Source: Macrostomum lignano (lineage: Eukaryota). Taken from it: a DNA stretch of 38,244 nt. Below, piece after piece: positions 32,853-38,244 of this stretch. Position numbers and translations under genes: made by a program. The notes beneath the pieces are model-generated. The model did not search any database. It was given only the letters and a program-made list of their open reading frames with translations, and was not told the origin of the DNA. The stretch lies in assembly GCA_002269645.1 (NCBI GenBank), contig NIVC01004683.1:1-38244 (forward strand), given 5' to 3'. Each line of letters starts with the position of its first letter. Within the stretch, counting starts at the first letter, position 1.

Positions 32853-35800
32853 AAGAAGCGTCATGTAAAAATCATAGAAGCGTCATGTAAAAATCATAGA
32901 AGCGTCATGTAAAAATCATAGAAGCGTCATGTCAAAAATCATAAAAGCGTCATGTAAAAATCATAGAAGCGTCTTTTAAAAAAATCATAGAAGCGTCATG
33001 TAAACAATCATAGAAGCGTCATGTAAACAATCATAGGCGCGTCATGTAAACAATCATAGAAGCGTCATTTAAAAAAATCATAGAAGCGTCATGTAAACAA
33101 TCACTGAAGCGTCATGTAAACAATCATAGAAGCGTCATGTAAACAATCATAGAAGCGTCATGTAAAAATCATAGAAGCGTCATGTAAACAATCACTGAAG
33201 CGTCATGTAAACAATCATAGAAGCGTCATGTAAACAATCATAGAAGCGTCATGTAAACAATCATAAAAGCGTCATGTAAAAATCATAAAAGCGTCATGAA
33301 AAAATCATAGAAGCGTCATATAAACAATCACTGAAGCGTCATGTAAACAATCATAGAAGCGTCATGTAAACAATCATAGAAGCGTCATGTAAAAAATCAT
33401 CGAAGCGTCATATAAACAATCACTGAAGCGTCATGTAAAAAATCATAGAAGCGTCATGTAAAAAATCATAGAAGCGTCATGTAAAAAATCATAGAAGCGT
33501 CATTTAAAAAAATCATAGAAGCGTCATATAAACAATCATGAAAGCGTCATGTAAACAATCATAGAAGCGTCATATAAACAATCATAGAAGCGTCTTTTAA
33601 AAAAATCATAGAAGCGTCATATAAACAATCATAGAAGCGTCATATAAACAATCACTGAAGCGTCATGTAAAAAATCATAAAAGCGTCATGTAAAAAATCA
33701 TAGAAGCGTCATTTAAAAAAATCATAGAAGCGTCATTTAAAAAAATCATAGAAGCGTCATATAAACAATCATAGAAGCGTCATGTAAACAATCATAGAAG
33801 CGTCATATAAACAATCATAGAAGCGTCATGTAAACAATCATAGAAGCGTCATGTAAAAAATCATAGAAGCGTCATGTAAACAATCATAGAAGCGTGATGT
33901 AAACAATCATAGAAGCGTCATGTAAACAATCACTGAAGCGTCATGTAAACAATCATAGAAGCGTCATGTAAACTATCATAGAAGCGTCATGTAAAAATCA
34001 TAGAAGCGTCATGTAAACAATCACTGAAGCGTCATGTAAACAATCATAGAAGCGTCATGTAAACAATCATAGAAGCGTCATGTAAACAATCATAGAAGCG
34101 TCATGTAAAAATCATAAAAGCGTCATGAAAAAGTCATAGAAGCGTCATATAAACAATCATAGAAGCGTCATGTAAACAATCATAGAAGCGTCATGCAAAC
34201 AATCATAGAAGCGTCATGTAAAAATCAAAGAAGCGTCATATAAACAATCATAGAAGCGTCATGTAAACAATCATTGAAGCGTCATGTAAAAATCATAAAA
34301 GCGTCATGAAAAAATCATAGAAGCGTCATGTAAACAATCATTAAAGCGTCATGTAAACAATCATAGAAGCGTCATGTAAAAATCATAAAAGCGTCATGAA
34401 AAAATCATAGAAGCGTCATATAAACAATCATAGAAGCGTCATGTAAACAATCATAGAAGCGTCATGTAAACAATCATAGAAGCGTCATGTAAAAAATCAT
34501 CGAAGCGTCATATAAACAATCACTGAAGCGTCATGTAAACAATCATAAAAGCGTCATGTAAAAAATCATAGAAGCGTCATGTAAACAATAATAGAAGCGT
34601 CATTTAAAAAAATCATAGAAGCGTCATATAAACAATCATAGAAGCGTCTTTTAAAAAAATCATAGAAGCGTCATATAAACAATCATAGAAGCGTCATGTA
34701 AACAATCACTGAAGCGTCATGTAAAAAATCATAGAAGCGTCATGTAAACAATCATAGAAGCGTCATGTAAAAATCATAGAAGCGTCATGTAAACAATCAC
34801 TGAAGCGTCATGTAAACAATCATAGAAGCGTCATGTAAACAATCATAGAAGCGTCATGTAAAAATCATAGAAGCGTCATGTAAACAATCACTGAAGCGTC
34901 ATGTAAACAATCATAGAAGCGTCATGTAAACAATCATAGAAGCGTCATGAAAAAGTCATAGAAGCGTCATATAAACAATCATAGAAGCGTCATGTAAACA
35001 ATCATAGAAGCGTCATGCAAACAATCATAGAAGCGTCATGTAAAAATCAAAGAAGCGTCATATAAACAATCATAGAAGCGTCATGTAAACAATCATTGAA
35101 GCGTCATGTAAACAATCATAAAAGCGTCATGAAAAAATCATAGAAGCGTCATGTAAACAATCATTGAAGCGTCATGTAAACAATCATAGAAGCGTCATGT
35201 AAAAATCATAAAAGCGTCATGAAAAAATCATAGAAGCGTCATATAAACAATCATAGAAGCGTCATGTAAACAATCATAGAAGCGTCATGTAAACAATCAT
35301 AGAAGCGTCATGTAAAAAATCATCGAAGCGTCATATAAACAATCACTGAAGCGTCATGTAAACAATCATAAAAGCGTCATGTAAAAAATCATAGAAGCGT
35401 CATGTAAACAATAATAGAAGCGTCATTTAAAAAAATCATAGAAGCGTCATATAAACAATCATAGAAGCGTCTTTTAAAAAAATCATAGAAGCGTCATATA
35501 AACAATCATAGAAGCGTCATGTAAACAATCATAGAAGCGTCATGTAAAAAATCATAGAAGCGTCATGTAAACAATCATAGAAGCGTCATGTAAAAAATCA
35601 TAGAAGCGTCATGTAAACAATCACTGAAGCGTCATGTAAACAATCATAGAAGCGTCATGTAAACAATCATAGAAGCGTCATGTAAAAATCATAGAAGCGT
35701 CATGTAAACAATCACTGAAGCGTCATGTAAACAATCATAGAAGCGTCATGTAAACAATCATAGAAGCGTCATGTAAACAATCATAAAAGCGTCATGTAAA

Positions 35801-38244
35801 AATCATAAAAGCGTCATGAAAAAATCATAGAAGCGTCATATAAAAATCATAGAAGCGTCATGTAAACAATCATAGAAGCGTCATGTAAACAATCATAGAA
35901 GCGTCATGTAAAAAATCATCGAAGCGTCATATAAACAATCACTGAAGCGTCATGTAAAAAATCATAAAAGCGTCATGTAAAAAATCATAGAAGCGTCATG
36001 TAAAAAATCATAGAAGCGTCATTTAAAAAAATCATAGAAGCGTCATATAAACAATCATAGAAGCGTCATGTAAACAATCATAGAAGCGTCATATAAACAA
36101 TCATAGAAGCGTCATGTAAACAATCATAGAAGCGTCATGTAAACAATCATAGAAGCGTCATGTAAAAAATCATCGAAGCGTCATATAAACAATCACTGAA
36201 GCGTCATGTAAACAATCATAAAAGCGTCATGTAAAAAATCATAGAAGCGTCATGTAAACAATCATAGAAGCGTCATTTAAAAAAATCATAGAAGCGTCAT
36301 ATAAAAATCATTGAAGCGTCATTTAAAAAAATCATAGAAGCGTCATGTAAAAATCATAGAAGCGTCATTTAAAAAAATCATAGAAGCGTCATGTAAAAAT
36401 CATTGAAGCGTCATTTAAAAAAATCATAGAAGCGTCATGCAAACAATCATAGAAGCGTCATGTAAAAATCAAAGAAGCGTCATATAAACAATCATAGAAG
36501 CGTCATGTAAACAATCATTAAAGCGTCATGTGAAAATCATAAAAGCGTCATGAAAAAATCATAGAAGCGTCATGTAAACAATCATTGAAGCGTCATGTAA
36601 ACAATCATAGAAGCGTCATGTAAAAATCATAACAGCGTCATGAAAAAATCATAGAAGCGTCATATAAACAATCATAGAAGCGTCATGTAAACAATCATAG
36701 AAGCGTCATGTAAACAATCATAGAAGCGTCATGTAAAAATCATAGAAGCGTCATGTAAACAATCACTGAAGCGTCATGTAAACAATCATAGAAGCGTCAT
36801 GTAAACAATCATAGAAGCGTCATGTAAACAATCATAAAAGCGTCATGTAAAAATCATAAAGCGTCATGAAAAATCATAGAAGCGTCATAAAAATCATAGA
36901 AGCGTCATGTAAACAATCATAGAAGCGTCATGTAAACAATCATAGAAGCGTCATGTAAAAAATCATAGAAGCGTCATGTAAACAATCATAGAAGCGTCAT
37001 GTAAAAATCATAGAAGCGTCATGTAAACAATCATAGAAGCGTCATGTAAAAATCATAGAAGCGTCATGTAAAAAAATCATAGAAGCGTCATATAAACAAT
37101 CATAGAAGCGTCATGTAAACAATCATAGAAGCGTCATATAAACATCATAGAAGCGTCATTAAAAATCATAGAAGCGTCATATAAACAATCATAGAAGCGT
37201 CATATAAACAATCATAGAAGCGTCATGTAAAAATCATAGAAGCGTCATGTAAAAATCATAGAAGCGTCATGTAAAAAAATCATAGAAGCGTCATTTAAAA
37301 AAATCATAGAAGCGTCATTAAAAATCATAGAAGCGTCATGTAAACAATCATAGAAGCGTCATGTAAACAATCATAGAAGCGTCATTAAAAATCATAGAAG
37401 CGTCATTAAACAATCATAGAAGCGTCATGTAAACAATCATAGAAGCGTCATGTAAAAATCATAGAAGCGTCATGTAAACAATCATAGAAGCGTCATGTAA
37501 ACAATCATAGAAGCGTCATGTAAACAATCATAGAAGCGTCATGTAAACAATCATAGAAGCGTCATGTAAACAATCATAGAAGCGTCATGTAAAAATCATA
37601 GAAGCGTCATGTAAACAATCATAGAAGCGTCATGTAAAAATCATAGAAGCGTCATGTAAACAATCATAGAAGCGTCATGTAAACAATCATAGAAGCGTCA
37701 TGTAAAAATCATAGAAGCGTCATGTAAAAATCATAGAAGCGTCATGTAAACAATCATAGAAGCGTCATGTAAAATCATAGAAGCGTCATGTAAACAATCA
37801 TAGAAGCGTCATGTAAACAATCATAGAAGCGTCATGTAAAAATCATAAAGCGTCATGTAAACAATCATAGAAGCGTCATGTAAACAATCATAAAGCGTCA
37901 TGTAAAAATCATAGAAGCGTCATGTAAAAATCATAGAAGCGTCATGTAAAAATCATAGAAGCGTCATGTAAACAATCATAGAAGCGTCATGAAAAATCAT
38001 AGAAGCGTCATGTAAACAATCATAGAAGCGTCATTAAACAATCATAGAAGCGTCATATAAAAAATCATAGAAGCGTCATGTAAACAATCATAGAAGCGTC
38101 ATGTAAAAAATCATAGAAGCGTCATGTAAACAATCATAGAAGCGTCATGTAAACAATCATAGAAGCGTCATGTAAAAATCATAGAAGCGTCATGTAAACA
38201 ATCATAGAAGCGTCATGTAAAAATCATAGAAGCGTCATGTAAAA
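32853..38244. repeat. Satellite DNA, 22-25-bp unit (mode 23), more than 5.3 kb (about 230 units), runs off the window
   Basis: Unit atagaagcgtcatgtaaacaatc with variants. Larger block duplications at offsets of about 822 bp and 2520 bp. Confidence 0.98.

Noticed and set aside
32853-38244. CRISPR-like array (also considered for the 28-31-bp arrays)
   Set aside because: The units are contiguous with no unique spacers, there are no cas genes, and the context is eukaryotic.

Overview
This is eukaryotic, intron-rich, invertebrate-type DNA. The minisatellite-filled introns suggest a free-living flatworm such as Macrostomum, but that is an unverified inference. (1) 1.6-12.7 kb, + strand: two tandem paralogous genes that splice N-terminal ankyrin-repeat exons to a C-terminal caspase (C14A p20+p10) domain. 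Copy 1 (1629-6167, 9 exons, 738 aa) is intact, begins with an N-myristoylation motif (MGSGSS), has about 8 ANK repeats and an atypical QACRT catalytic pentapeptide. Copy 2 (about 8476-12633) keeps the same ANK and caspase exon boundaries and a canonical QACRG caspase, but its 5' ANK exons carry a stop, frameshifts and deletions. (2) A complete 7-exon Hedgehog acyltransferase (HHAT/GUP1-type MBOAT) gene, 15814-21650 (+), 526 aa. (3) The last three exons of mitochondrial EF-4/LepA (GUF1), 25514-23727 (-). Its GTPase half is not in the window. (4) Upstream of those exons: a 23-bp minisatellite, two head-to-tail 2.74-kb elements with Helitron-like ends, the start of a third related element, and more than 5.3 kb of 22-25-bp satellite. 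Most large introns hold their own minisatellite, often with higher-order repeats, and two tRNA-derived CORE-like SINEs are present. The best candidate for an undescribed system is the myristoylated ankyrin-caspase pair. All gene models were spliced by hand; no database searches were run.
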